Assembly: GCA_977016875.1 (NCBI GenBank)
Contig: CDRNST010000034.1
Coordinates: 806,001 to 870,000, forward strand
DNA: 64,000 bases
Reading direction: 5' to 3'
Source: Pavona decussata
Taxonomy: Eukaryota
The notes beneath the pieces were generated by a model. It was given only the letters and a program-made list of their open reading frames with translations. It searched no databases and had not been told where the DNA came from. Within the stretch, counting starts at the first letter, position 1, and each line of letters begins with the position of its first letter. Below, piece by piece: positions 1-13,165 of the stretch. The translations under genes and the position numbers were made by a program.

Positions 1-902
1 AAAAACAAAACAGTAATACGTGTTATATGGGCACCAGCTTGAACAGATTTAATGGAAGGAATGAACCAACCTGATTCCAATTGGCAATGTACCTTGCTAT
101 ATGGATGCTTTAGAATATGGTTTCATGTTTCCTCATCTATAAACAAAACCGCTATGGAAGCCTAGAAGTGTAGGGTGCCACAGGAACTGACACAATTGTC
201 TAATGTTTGCATAATACGTGCCTAACATTTCACAGGCTTTTCCTCCAAATAAATAAATAAAAAATTTTGAGTTTTGGATTCCTAAGAATTTTTTTTTTTT
301 TTTCAAAACTTTTGAGCACAAAATTTAGGATACAGATTGGGTGATAGGAATGTAAGCTCATGTAGTGTGGAATAATGTTAATAGTAACAATTTTTGGGGG
401 AGGGGGGTTGTTAAGGGGGTTTTCAAGAAGAAAAGCTGTTTAACCACTGACTGTATAGTTGAGGTGATTTAACACAGTTCTGTGTTTCTGTGTAAAAGTT
501 CATATATTTTGTAAGGTAAAATGATAGACAGCATGGTGGCTTTGTCATTGAAGGTAGTGGAAAATATCAGAGTCTAATTACATGGAGGATTGTAGCTACA
601 CTGAGATTTAAGATTTAAGACTGTCTATGTGAACAAATTCTGATTAAAATATTTTGCAATAACATGAAGTGTCAGACCAGGCTGAAAATTCCAGCCAGGT
701 TTTAGCAAACTGCACTTGTCTGGTTCTATTGACATTGCCTTTTATTGTGCCCACACTGAAATATTCATGGCATAACCTGAAAGAAATCTTAGGTCACTTG
801 CTCTGCTAAAATTTTAGCCCAAGGGATAACATTTGCCATGTTATGAGGTGTCATATGTTTCAATTTATTGCATAAAGGGTTTTGCTCTATCACACTATGT
901 AA

Positions 903-1185
903 AGGGCGATTTAGATGGTACGATTTTCTCTTACGACTGTCGTATGCCATTTCTAGAGCGCGCGCTGCTTCCGTCATGTAAAAATCGTACACAACTCTCG
1001 CCACTCAACATTGCCTTTACCTACGATTGTCGTGTTTTAAAATCCTACGACATTTTTTGTGTTGCTTGCGTCTGTCGTAAGGATGTTGTAGGTTGATTTA
1101 CACGACGCGATTCGTGTTGTAGGCATGGCGTAAGCGTGTCGCATGCGACAAATCGTAGGCAAAATCGTACCGTCTAAATCGCCCT
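903..1185. mobile_element. PIF/Harbinger-type MITE
   Basis: TIRs AGGGCGATTTAGA(T/C)GGTACGATTTT at both ends; 3-bp TAA TSD at 900-902 and 1186-1188; no coding capacity. Confidence 0.85.
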
Positions 1186-1381
1186 TAAGGTGTGCACTGA
1201 TAGATGTTTCTTCATAATGAAAGTAGACACAAGTCACTGCAGGGTTTATTCAGCTTCTTAGGGCCCAGTAAGCCCTTGTCAGAGATTTTAGAGGGCCTTT
1301 ATTCATGAAAAAGGCCCCAAGATATTTCAGCTTCTAACACAATATACAAATTAATGATCAGTTGGTACTGAGATATGTTAA

Positions 1382-1460
1382 AGTGCTACTATGATGAAAT
1401 TCACGTCATTCTAATCTGAGTCATTTTAAAACATAAACAAGTAGTCTGTACGTGAAGAAG

Positions 1461-1498
<38 letters not shown>

Positions 1499-1577
1499 GG
1501 AGATATTCAAGTTTTTAAAATATGCAAATTAGCCAAGTGATGACGTCATAAACTCAACCGAATTTTGATCAAGTATT

Positions 1578-1615
<38 letters not shown>

Positions 1616-2204
1616 CTTGATTCTTTGCAGTTACATTGTTCTAGGTGCGCTCCACAATATGAGCCTATCAGTTTTGTTACCATGGCAACATACTGGGTTC
1701 CAGTCCTCCCTGATACTTAAAGCTTTGCTGGCCACCTTTGGCGTTCTATTTTGATATTTGCCAATGGTGCCTCATCTGCATGATCCAGCAAGTGTATAAA
1801 TATGTTAGGTCGAGTTCGTGGGCTTGTTAATTTTTTTCAAGCTGAAAATCACTAAAATATTGAAATCAGGTTGGAGGGGACTGGAAAAGAGTGAGTTGCC
1901 ATGGGAACCAAATTTTTTATAGCCGTAGGTGTATTGCCTTTAGAACTATTAGCCTGCTAGGTTTCAATGGTCTCTGCTGTAAATTGATTGAGATAGCTCT
2001 ATTTATATACTTGATGTTATATTGAGTTGAGAATATGACGTCATCAGTCATCTAATTTACATATTTTACACATTTTTCAATCTTAAATATCTCCGGAACC
2101 AATGCAGATTTTTAGAAACGGTAAACGGCGTTTTTAATCTTTCCTAGAATGCTATGTGATAAACCTTAAAATTCAAGAGGTAAAATTTTGATCATAGTAG
2201 CACT
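1382..2204. mobile_element. Non-autonomous TTAA-targeting DNA transposon (Kolobok/T2-like)
   Basis: TIR AGTGCTACTATGAT...ATCATAGTAGCACT flanked by TTAA on both sides; internal CCATGGCAAC, GTTGCCATGG and TGACGTCA motifs. Confidence 0.8.
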
Positions 2205-3530
2205 TTAAGGAAATTTTTAAAGCTGCTTTGATAACATTCAATTTGTAGTAATGTTTTCTGCTCTGTAGTCCAGAATGAATCTAAAAAAAGATAGCCATGT
2301 TCTCAAAGTGTAGTCAAATGTCTGTAATAGTAACATGATCTTCCTTTGAAACTTGAGTGCCCTGCAAATTTGTGGTTAAAAATGATCTCACAGTGCTTCA
2401 TGCTAGAGTAAACCCTGCATTGTATTGGTTATTTTCAGATCTAAGATGTCGTGAAGTGGCCAAATTACCCTGCAGCTGTTGTGTAATTAAAGGGAGGGTA
2501 CTGTGGCAAATGGTTAAAAACATAGTTTACTCCAGCAGTAACAAATAATTATCCAGTTGCAATTCAATCTAAGTATCCTGGGATACAAATGATGCAATTG
2601 GATTCCCACCAATAATATTGTTCCTGTTGGGAAATTACTGTTAGTAGATTTTATTTTTGTAAGGAAGAAATTTTCGGTGTTGTTACTCAACTGACTGTCA
2701 GGTGGCAAAACAGAGGGAGATTTAGTAATTTATTACCTCACTGTAATATTTAGTGTGTTTTCACCAGCGAGCACTGTATAGAACAATAAGCTATGACATT
2801 GCATTGGCTTGTACATAATTGTACATGGAATAAAAACATTTCCTACAATTTCGTTTTTGGTTACATTGTGTCTAGTGTGTGCTGTAGGTTATTCACGGGT
2901 GGGGTGATCCCTACTGAAACTGAAAGCTGACTAAGAGGTGTGAATGAAGTGTCCAAAAAGAAAAGCTTGCTGTTGTCATATTCCATTTGATGTCACATGG
3001 ACATCAGCTTGTTTTACTGCATCTACTTTTGGTTGGTCTTGCAATCTTAGTTATGTTGACCTCAAGATTTTGCTACATTGAATTTGCAGTGAATAAATTT
3101 TCTACAAACATCTTCAGTTGCATCAGAGCTTGAGCAGTCACCAATGGCAACAGAAGTGTCATTTAAAAAATGTTTTATGTTATTTGCATTACTTTGCAAT
3201 TATTCTGGATTGTTCAACCGTGCATGATGTTTCCAAATAATTATTCTCCAGGAACTGAACTGGTAGGTATGGCATTCAAATTTAGAGTGAAAATTTCAGA
3301 ATTTGCATTTGCCCATGTTCACTGACAAAACTTTTAATTTTCTTCATTTCACTTATAGACAGGCAAAAAGGTACCAGAACATGCCAATAATGCATGCGCA
3401 TTGTTACTGTTTTCTGGTAAATAAACTCTTTGGTTAATGATGTTGTTGTTGTTGCCTCCACCATTGTAGTGGCCAAGGGCCCTAATGTTTCCTGCAAAAA
3501 AACTGCTGACTCATCTCCATGGGGACATGG

Positions 3531-3667
3531 TAGCCTCCCATGCAGTAGAGGAGCATTACCCGCCTCTCCACAAATGTCTGACTAGACCTAGACCGTTAGA
3601 CTCCTCGGGGGGGGGACACAAACTCCCCCCCCCCCAAAAAAAAAAAAAAAGACTGCGTGGGAGGCTA
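3531..3667. mobile_element. Short MITE
   Basis: TIR TAGCCTCCCA(T/C)GCAGT...ACTGCGTGGGAGGCTA; TSD not clean. Confidence 0.6.
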
Positions 3668-3888
3668 CATGAAAGATGGCTGCTAATTAAACCCAGAAAG
3701 GGTGTGTTCACGACAAATCTTCATGGCCACATTCAGCACTACACAGGAAGAGATGATGGAAATGAATTGGAATTGTATGGAAAATATGAGGGACATTTAC
3801 AGCCAAGCTGTCTTTTAGACAAAATCCAGACACCCCTGAGGTAACTTTATGTATATCCTTTACACTTTTTGTTAGATTTCATCCTATA

Positions 3889-4114
3889 CAGTGAATTAAA
3901 ATAAGCAAAAAAAGGAGCGATGTTACGGTGTCATCTTGGTACCATTATCGAGTAAAGAATGTAACAGAAAAGATAATTTTATACACAAAGTAAAGGTGTG
4001 AAATATTTCACACCTTTACTTTGTGTACATAAATTATCTTTTCTGTTAATGGTAATGGTACCAAAATGACACCGAAACGTCGTTCTATTTTACGATTATT
4101 TTTCTAGTCAACTG
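3889..4114. mobile_element. Foldback Tc1/mariner-type MITE
   Basis: TA|CAGT...ACTG|TA ends; whole element is an imperfect inverted repeat with a perfect 46-bp central palindrome at 3982-4027. Confidence 0.7.
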
Positions 4115-4459
4115 TATTTCTAAATTTAATCTTTTCAGACAGTGAATAAACCACCAAAAGGCTTTTGTTAATTAATTCAACCAGCACCAGCAAATCAGGG
4201 AATCATTTCCAGAAACATTTCAATTTTTAAATATTGTAAAACTTATCCATCTTTGACTCTGGAAGTTAATGTCATCTATTGCTTGTACCTTGTAGGAATT
4301 CCCAATCTTTTACCGGATACAGTGGGTGGGAGGAGAGGTGGAAGCTAATTTTCTCTTTCTTTTTGATGCTCATAATTATGACTTATGATTCTAAGGCAAT
4401 TCCACACTGTGTAACCAATAAAGTATCAAACAAACATTATTAAAACTTTTTGAAAACAG

Positions 4460-4465
4460 TTTATT
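4460..4465 (-). promoter_or_regulatory. Candidate polyadenylation signal (AATAAA) of WDR82
   Basis: TTTATT on plus, ~240 bp past the WDR82 stop; an opposite-strand AATAAA lies at 4417-4422. Confidence 0.5.
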
Positions 4466-4702
4466 TACAAAAAAAAAAAAAAAAAGTCCAATCAACAGAG
4501 TTTATGTATATGTAAAGTATATGTACAAAGTTCTTAAAATGTTATGTTATTCCTTTGCAATACAATCAAACTGTGTATTGTTCTTGATACTTTGCAAAAG
4601 AAAACTAAACATGCACTGTACACTTGTATTGTAAGGAACTACACTTAGAATTCCCCGCAGACAAACAATATTAGGCTTGTGTTCACCACAGGGTGTTCCT
4701 TG

Positions 4703-7700
4703 CTAGCTTTGTAGTAATCTTTTGCTAGCATCATCAAGCTCTTCTAAGTTAGGTAACCAGAATGCCTGAAAAACAAAAATTCAAACTATGAATTAAAGCA
4801 GAATAACAAACATTTAAAGGCTGGTTTTCACTAGCGACGGAGTCAGAGTCGGAGTCGTAAGCAGAGTCGTAAGAGCGCTTATGACCTAGTGAAAATCAAA
4901 AATCGGAGTCGTAAGCGGAGTCATAAGCGCAATGGAATCAGAGTCAGAAGAATCAGAACGTTTCCATTTTCTTCCGACTCTGCTTACGACTCCGTCGCTT
5001 AGGTTCTGCTTAAGCAAAGCTGTTTTCACTAGATCATAAGCTCTACGCTTCTGATTACGACTCCGACTCCAACTCCGTCGCTGGTGAAAACCAGCCTTAA
5101 GAGAGATACAATGCTTCACGCTTTTCTTAAGTTTTGAGTCTTCCACGCTCTAAGCTGCTGGGAACAAGGAACAGAATGCAAAATTTAAGTGAAGAGATTA
5201 GGAAATATGGCAAAGGTGACCTTCCCTTTTGACACTCATTTCCTTCATATTCCATTTTTTGTTTACTTGCAAATACAAATAGGAATACTTTATTTAAGGT
5301 GGTAAATACACTTAGCTAAATGGATATATCACATGTGAAATGTTGCAACCTGTGGTAGCTAGTTTTCACATGATTTTTTCATGTTTCTATGATTATTTTG
5401 TTAAAATGTATGTAGAAAGGAGAGGTCAACTGCATCGCTGATATGTGGTTACTATATTTTTTGGGCATTACTACTTGTTTTGTGCCTAATAGAGAAAAAA
5501 AATATACCAGTCCTTATTAGTCAGTAGAAATGCCACTGATTTAGCAGGTTCCTCTAAAAATGGTGCAGACATCTAAATTGAAAAAAAGATAAAAATTGAA
5601 GTAAATCTTACCATGTTAGTACAAGCAGAAGCTAACATCATGTACTTAGGGTTAAACCCAATACACTGAATAGGACCAGGATGATTCCCCTCTAGCACAG
5701 TAAGCTTCTGGCCACTGTCTGATGCCCACACATGGACCCGTCCATCCTGTGAGCCTGAAAATTAAAAACAATATTTATTATGAATTGAGTTTCTGTCAGT
5801 CAGAAGGTGGGCTGATTACATGTAGCTCTGTTGGACCAGGGGCTTTCAAGCCACCTTTCACTTCACTTCCAATAAGGTTGAATTTACTAGTCCTACAATC
5901 TATGAGTTTTAAATTCTGAATGAAAATGTGTTGTAAGCCAATTCAAACATAAGCAAATTAATAAAATAAATGGTCTTATTCAGGAATATATCAGTACTCC
6001 AAGTCTCAAATGCATACGTCCTTCTCATGACAAGCCATCCCTTATATAAGCCCATGGACTTGCAACGATAGCTTTTTAGGCTTTTAAACTTCACCCTTTT
6101 TCATTGTCAACCCAAGACATTTTAAAATGGAAAATTCTGTCCAATAGCAATAAGCTAAAAGAGGCCCTTGAATATCAGCCCGAGGCTTATTATTACGTGG
6201 AATTTGAAAATAATTTAAGACAATCACCACAAAGTCTGGACATGCACCATATAATGTATTTATGGTGTCATGAAGCCCCATTTAAGATTTCAAGTGAGTA
6301 ATTGGGAAAACGAGCAGCCAGTAGAATATTGATTAAGTGTCTGGGGAAAGGTAAAGGAATTTCCCAGTTTAAGTCATGTCAGTCACTCACTACATGTAAA
6401 ATTAATATGTCAAGTTTGAAATCAAGTTAACTGGAAAATTATCTATGGCGGCTTAAGTTGTTTTAACTTAACGCTGCCCCGTTGGCACTTCACTTCTTAT
6501 GCTTCCTTTCTTTTCTTTTTTGGTCTGAAATATTTCAACAAAAGTTGTAAGCATATTGCTCCAAACCATTTACACACCTGATAAGACGTATTGTGCGTCA
6601 GGAGAGAAACAGACTTCTACTGGGGTGGTTCTTGAAACAGCATGTCCCTAAAAGTAAGATAGGTAGGTAAGTAAAGGTAAAGTGATTTTATGAGCCAAGG
6701 CCTATCACACTGGTACCTCCAGTTGCTGGAGAAGAAAGGAATGTATACCTGTTAATCATACGAGAAGGTGCTAAACAGTTTAACATATTAATTGTTGCCT
6801 GCTGTACAAGATCTTGCAGCTTAGACCATGGTGTTAAGAATATGGCTCAACCAATTACTGTAAGTATCTTGTTACATTTCATGCAACTTTGTAGAACGAA
6901 CATGTTAAAACAAAAGCAAAGTGAACAATCCAGACAAAATTAACTAATCATACAGTAACTAACCGCCGCCCGGTTAGCTCAGTTGATTGAGCATCGGACT
7001 ACCATGCGGGAGGTCGTGGGTTCAAACCCCGGCCGGACCAACAGTCAGGGTCTTTAAATAACTGATGAGAAAGTGCTGCCTTTGTAATGACATCTGCAAA
7101 TGGTTAGACTTTCTAGTCTTCTAGGATAAGGACGATAAACCGTAGGTCCCGTCTCACAACACTTCAATGTTCATAACCCTGTGGGACGTTAAAGAACCCA
7201 GACACTAATCACAAAGAGTAGGGCATGGAGTTCCCGGTGTGCTGGTCTGGTCTTCGTGCTGTTTCATGATTTCATGGGTTGGGTGGGTAGGATGAGGTTG
7301 CTAATGGACAAATGCTGATGTAAACCGCATTTAAATATATATGAATAGAAAATGCGGTATATAAATGCATTACCAAAAAAAAAAAAAAAAAAAAACTCAG
7401 GTAGATGGTCTATTATTAAAGCATAGGAAACGTGCATGACAATCTCAAAAACTGGTTTTGTTTACTTCTCTCCAGAGACACACTTTTTTTCACCAATCAG
7501 AGAACATTGTGCTGCAGCAAAACCACACAAAATGCAACATTACTACTTTCAAGACAATTGAAAACTACTCTTACATTAATCAGAAATTGTACATGCACAC
7601 TGTATTCAATAACAGTATTGAACTCACTGTAAATGCATGAAGTTGTGTTCCTTGAAATGCATCAATCAAATGAATGACTCCTCCATTTGTGGCCAGTAAA

Positions 7701-10700
7701 ATCATTTTACCATCTGAGCTAAATTTCACACCAGTCCACTCAATGTTAGGATCATTTTGAATGTGGAAAGTGGAAAATGGACCCTATTAAGTAAATCACA
7801 AGGAGACGATTCTTTAACAAGATATTCAGAACTTTTCAACAATGATTATTTTAGTAATGTAACACTGCAATACTCTGGCTTCAACAAAATCAGTTTTCAA
7901 ACTTTGGATAAATTACAAATTAAACATTATTAAGGTTGCTTGGTTAGCATCTGGTAACAGTTGGGAACAGCACATTACAAATGAGGAACTCTATGGAGAT
8001 CTTCCTAAAATCTCAGACAAGATAGCGGCTTCATGACTCACCCTAGCAGGTCACTACCATCAACATCCACAGCTCCCTGCTAAAAGTCATCCTATGGGAG
8101 CATTTTGGATCACTTTAACTACTTAAGGTCACTACAGACCTTCAATATTAAAGGATTTAATTTGCTGTTTTAGGAGTAAATTGAAGGCACAACAGATGCA
8201 ACTTGGATATCCTCTTTAAAAACAAGTGCAATCAATGATTATTCATCTGCCCAGGTATGGCTGCCACCTTTACTCTAACTTACATTGGAGACACCGGAAT
8301 AGACGTTTATTAGTTAAATAAAGAAAATTCTATACTTTTTGTTTTCTTAACTTGTTAGAATTACCTTGTCAAATGACCTTAAGTCATAAAGCTTCACCAT
8401 TTCAGAGTCAACACCAGCAGCGAATATGAGACCCTCAGGATCAAAAGCTGCAACAGGTCTTCCATTAACATGCATCAATCCCTGGATAAAATTTCACATC
8501 ATTTGAGAAAACATTAATCCAACTAGGCAAGACTGATATGTACAGTGGGAGAATAAGGAAGTTAAAAGTATGTGTACTAACAAATCTGTTTCACTGTTAC
8601 AATTAAGAAACAACTTCTGTCTTTCCAGAGAGGCACAATAAAATCAATATGCTTTAAAGGTTTGGGATAATGAGAAACAATAAAAATATTGCGCACACAC
8701 AAAATGTAATTGACTGTATCCACTGTTATTTTGAGATTCTAAACTTCTAAATTTATATCATTTAGCTAGCAATCTTTTCATTATCCATCTTAATTAAGTA
8801 TGAAATACAACGGATTTAAAAACAAATCACTGCGTAAAAAATCTAAAAGTTACTACTATCTAACTGCATACAAATATAGAATTGTCATGTGTAAAAAGTT
8901 TCCAAAAAGTTTTTACAAAGAAGAAAATTAAAAAGAAAAAAATATCTTTCCGTAAAGAAAGTTCTAAACAGTTACACCACTGTTTGACTGCTACTTCTAA
9001 CAATTCTGTGGAAACAAAGACAATTTGTTTTTATTTCCTTGCAAAACAATAACCCTGTGAAAATTTACTGCATTTCCTTTGAGGTGGCTGATTGGTTAAT
9101 CAGAGTACATGCCCAACAAAGTTTTTTCTATAACACATGTATTCTCACTGGAACATGCCTGTCCAACATGTACATTACAAACAAAAAATGTTATGCAGTG
9201 TCAAAAAAACAGAAAAAAAAAATTATTTGTGCAATTATTTACCTGGCAATTTGGGGATCTCAGGTCCCACAACCTTAGCGTCCTGTCTAATGAACCTGAC
9301 ACAAATGTATCATCCATTGGTGACATGTGAAGGGTCATTACTCTACCAAAGAAAGTAAGCTGGTGTTAGCTGTCTGTATAGAATCTGGCATTGGCAACAA
9401 AAATAAAGGGCACATACAATGAATGTTGACACAAACGGTGGATCAGAGATTTAACTGAGCTGCAGTGTGTATTGTAGTGCTAACTGAACTCATGAATTTT
9501 CTACTATTAAGCATTTGCCCTACACACATAGGAAGAAAATAGTATACTGCATGAGCAAAGACACACTGATCAAATTTGGAGGTTGTAGGTTTGAGTCAAA
9601 GATATTGATTAGCAGAATTTACCTACAAGGCTGTGAGGGACTTGGGATTGCTTTAAATAAAAAAATATATATTTCAAATTTGTGTACAAATAGTTTTGAC
9701 TGGTCTCACCTTTTTGTGTGTCCTGTAAAGTATCTGAGATACTTGTTATCATGGAGGGAGAGATAACGAATGGTGTCTGTTATGAGACAACAAGAAAGAT
9801 GTCAAACTACACCATGTAGAATGATTCAGTATGAAACAGCAACAGACTCAGAAGAGTGGCGGATACTCTTAAAAAAGCTGTATATTGAATGTTTAATTAT
9901 ATAATCTGGTATATAATCTGTACAGTGTGCAGTTTCATACTACAGTCAACTCTCTTGTAAGCGACCACCGTTGGTGCACGACAAAGTGGTCGCTTACGGG
10001 AGGTGATCGCTTACGGGAAAGATCAATAAAATAAACCAAATGCTGAACTGATAAATTAATTACCTTAAAATATTACCCTAGCAGCTAAAATTAGGCAAAT
10101 AGAAACTAATTTATTTGATTTTTTCACATCTATTCATTCTTCTGACGAAACTTTGTGTAACATTTTGGAACAGATCACTGTAACAATTCCCATTTACCTA
10201 CAGATCTAATTATAGTAATCTTCTCTGTCTGTAAACTGTCAGTTGTCCGGGGCAGCGTCATTAAAAATTGAACTTTTGTTGCTTCTGAGTAATTGTTTAC
10301 TCAGATCATACGCGAATATGTTGGGTGGTTGCTTACCGCAAACAGAAAACAAAAGAACATGTCAAATATCTGGCCTAAAAAGTGGTTGCGGTCCCTCAGA
10401 AACTTGAGTGGTGGTCGCTTATGAGAGAGCTCTTGTAACAGTATTTAACTGAGAAACAAAATGGTTGTTTACGAAGTGGTCGCTCATGGGAGGTGGTCGC
10501 TATGAGAGAGTTGACTGAATAGTTCATTAACTCAGTTTATTAATTTTACATGTGTTGTATATCACAGATGCTATTTAGTACTTTCCCCAAACAGTGCCAA
10601 CTAAAACTTCAATCGCTCACCATCAATCTTTGTAGAAGTGTGAATGACTGTGTTTGTAGCATGTGTGTACTGGATATTAGCTACACCATATTTCTTGCTG

Positions 10701-12040
10701 TAAAGAGTCCTTTTTGGCCTGTAAAAAGATCAGCCATGAACATCATCAAGATTGTCATCTTTAGTTTGTGTAGAATGAAGTACAAAAAATATTCTTGCAA
10801 ACAAATGTGTTTGCTTTCTGGCTTAAAATGACATTGGATTAAGTTATTACTGTCAGCAAGTTACATGTAGAGCGGAATCTCGATATAACAAACGCAATAT
10901 TGTGTGTGATTTCGCAGGGTAACTATTTTCAAACATTGCTCAGACCAGCCAAAGTTACAGTACAGTCGACTCCCGATAACTCGAACCCTCGCTAACTCGA
11001 ACCTCGCGCTAACTCGCACCAATTTTCCTTTCCCTTCAGGTCATTTTCTATATAATTTTACCCTCGATAACTCGAACTCCCGAAAACTCGAATCTTTTCC
11101 AATTTCCCTTGAAGGTTCGAGTTATCGGGAGTCGACTGTAAAATGTAAGGAATGGAACCCAGATATAGCGAACTATGGTGTTATGAAATCCCAGTGATAA
11201 CGAACATTATCGACAAACCCAAATTGCAAAATATCTAACCTGATCCGATGAGAAGTTGCATGTGAAACAGATCAACAGAGATAAGATTCCATTTTAATGC
11301 AAAAGACTATGTCGCTCTCAACAGCCTATTATATTTTAACAACAGTGTTTATGTTGAGTGACTGTTGGCTGATAGTTGCCCTGTGTAAATTTGGGTTCTT
11401 AAAACAAACATTAGCCCAAGAGGTGAAGAATCAATGTCTTATATGCTAATTTTAAGAACATTAAATTTCCATGGGCAAACTATCAAACCAACAGTCCCGA
11501 GACGGAAATACTCTCTTGTTTTTCTTGTTCACCACTAAACATTCTTTCAAACAAAAATCACTGAGACTCGAATATTTTCGAACTTATGCTAAATGATCAA
11601 TGTACAAGATAAATGAATTAAAAGAATAAATGGGAGGGGCTTTTTTTGCGGCTTGGTAAGTTTAACAGTCATGTAAGATTTTATCCAGTCTGCAGTTCCC
11701 ATTACTAATCATCTTCTCCACATTTTACAAATTAATTATTAGCCAAACCCCTATTTTGGTCTTTTGTTCATAAATTTGTGTTTAAAAGGAACACGTTTCC
11801 CAGTCCCTTACCGCTTCGTTAAACCTTTACTAGGTTACACTGGGTATTCGTTACACTGTACATGAAAAGTTGATCTTACTTTCCCTCGAGGCAATCATAA
11901 ATCACGATGGAATCGTCATCGCTACTGGAGATTAGAGTCTCTCCGTTGGGTGCGAAGTCCGTGTGATTGATTCGATCACTATTTTCTCGAAAGACTTTCG
12001 CCACTCGAAAGCTTCGAATAGTGCTGTCCACTAGTTTCAT
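4703..12040 (-). CDS. WDR82: WD repeat-containing protein 82 (Swd2; COMPASS/SET1 and PNUTS-PP1 subunit), 9 coding exons, 324 aa
   Basis: Exons 11880-12040, 10621-10718, 9710-9776, 9243-9342, 8365-8481, 7628-7783, 6578-6647, 5612-5754 and 4703-4765, all GT-AG and in frame (975 nt). Translation [50 protein letters not shown]...[13 protein letters not shown]...[17 protein letters not shown]...[16 protein letters not shown]...[30 protein letters not shown]...[20 protein letters not shown] matches WDR82. Confidence 0.97.
4818..5097. mobile_element. PIF/Harbinger-type MITE in last intron of WDR82
   Basis: TIR AGGCTGGTTTTCAC(T/C)AGCGACGGAGT; TAA TSD on both sides; internal GGAGTC repeats. Confidence 0.85.
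6963..7395 (+). mobile_element. tRNA-derived SINE in WDR82 intron 6
   Basis: Pol III A box (TAGCTCAGTTG) and B box (GGTTCAAACCCC) head; non-tRNA body with a CCCTGTGGGACGTTAAAGAACCC core; A-rich tail. Confidence 0.85.
7925..8100 (+). mobile_element. RTE-type LINE 3' ORF fragment
   Basis: Translates to [32 protein letters not shown], typical of the RTE-clade ORF C-terminus. Confidence 0.65.
9943..10517. mobile_element. Tc1/mariner-pogo-type MITE
   Basis: TIR CAGTCAACTCTC-TAAGCGACCACC; TA at left end; internal GTGGTCGCTTA repeats. Confidence 0.8.
10963..11138. mobile_element. pogo/Tigger-type MITE
   Basis: Perfect 25-bp TIR CAGTCGACTCCCGATAACTCGAACC; TA TSD on both sides. Confidence 0.88.
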
Positions 12041-12060
12041 TCTCGATGTCACAGAAATGT

Positions 12061-12072
12061 GGCCGCCATTTT
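12061..12072 (-). promoter_or_regulatory. YY1-like motif (AAAATGGCGGCC) just upstream of the WDR82 start
   Basis: GGCCGCCATTTT on plus, 20 bp upstream of the ATG in a CpG-richer region. Confidence 0.55.
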
Positions 12073-12504
12073 CAAAAGAAATGCATTCCGACGGCGTTTT
12101 GTGAGTTTTACATGCAGTTGGAAAAGAATATACCGCTGAAATGATCGCGTATTCATCGAGGCCAACCGCTGGGAGGGGAGGGCAAGGGTACTCAGTCAAT
12201 GGTTTTGGATCAGGGGGCTATGACTCCTGTTTTGAATAGATAACCGCTTGTCACACCAATCTCGTTTCTAGAGAAGTAGAAAGAATTCTGGGGATGTGGA
12301 TGATTTGAAATTCGAAAGTCGCACTCGTACTCAATTTCATACTCCGTCTCGAAGGTCCCCATCGATCCACCGTCTTCCACAGTCCGGTCAAGAATGCCGG
12401 GTCCATTCTAATTTTTCGAAGGACGTCAAGAATCTGACCACGTGATTTGGTTGTGGCTCAGATTGCAGCGTGTGGAAGCCGTTCGAGTGGGCAAGAAGCT
12501 CGTA

Positions 12505-13165
12505 TTTTTTTGAAACTGTGAGTATACTTTGATCGTTATGGCTCAACTGAAGTTTGGGTTGCTTGGTTCGGTGCTTGCTCTGTATTATTTCTTCCATTTG
12601 TTTCACCTCCATTTCACTGCAAGGTCGCAACAAACAAGCTAAAATTTGTACGTTTGTCAACTGACTCAATCAATTCCATCTCCGATCTTCTTTTCAATTC
12701 AATTTTATTCACGCTTATTACAACGAAATACAATATATTTTATAGGAAGAAAAAAAAAATTGGAGGTGCGGTTCGTTATCAAAGTTCCAGGAGGGTCAAG
12801 AAATGATTGTTGGTTATTCTGCAGATCTTTACAGTCTGCTCGAGTGGAGAATGGCGGGCTTCTTCGATGCGTTGGGACAAGAAGTCTTGCTCGCTCATGT
12901 TTATTCCAAACTGTGAGTATTTGATTGTTATGATTCAATTGAAGTTTGGTTCGGTGCTTCCTGTGTTGTTTCTCTCATTTGTTTCATCTCCTTTTCGTTG
13001 CAAGACTGCAAGATCGCTGCAAACAAACTGACATCTGAAGTGCAGTTCCTAGTTTGAGGAGGGTCTAGAGATGTTGTTTGGTTTGCAGATCTTTTCATGC
13101 CAGTCTACTCGAATAGAGAATGGCTGGCTTCTCATTTGCGTTGGACCAAGAACTCTTGCTTACTG
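12505..13165. repeat. Degenerate direct repeats upstream of WDR82
   Basis: 12510-12640 resembles 12905-13030 (AAACTGTGAGTAT...TTGGTTCGGTGCTT...); 12821-12892 resembles 13086-13160 (GCAGATCTTT...GAGAATGGC...CAAGAA-TCTTGCT). Confidence 0.6.

Noticed and set aside
1-74. 3' end of a convergent plus-strand CDS (...FNGRNEPT*)
   Set aside because: Too short to recognise. Possible given the plus-strand AATAAA at 4417, but unsupported.
6967-7040. tRNA gene
   Set aside because: A and B boxes are present, but the sequence runs on into a SINE body and A-tail with no Pol III terminator after the tRNA-like part; it is a SINE head.
12041-12199. N-terminal extension of WDR82 in the ORF track (MTEYPCP...)
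   Set aside because: It starts at a non-ATG codon; similarity to WDR82 begins at the ATG at 12040.
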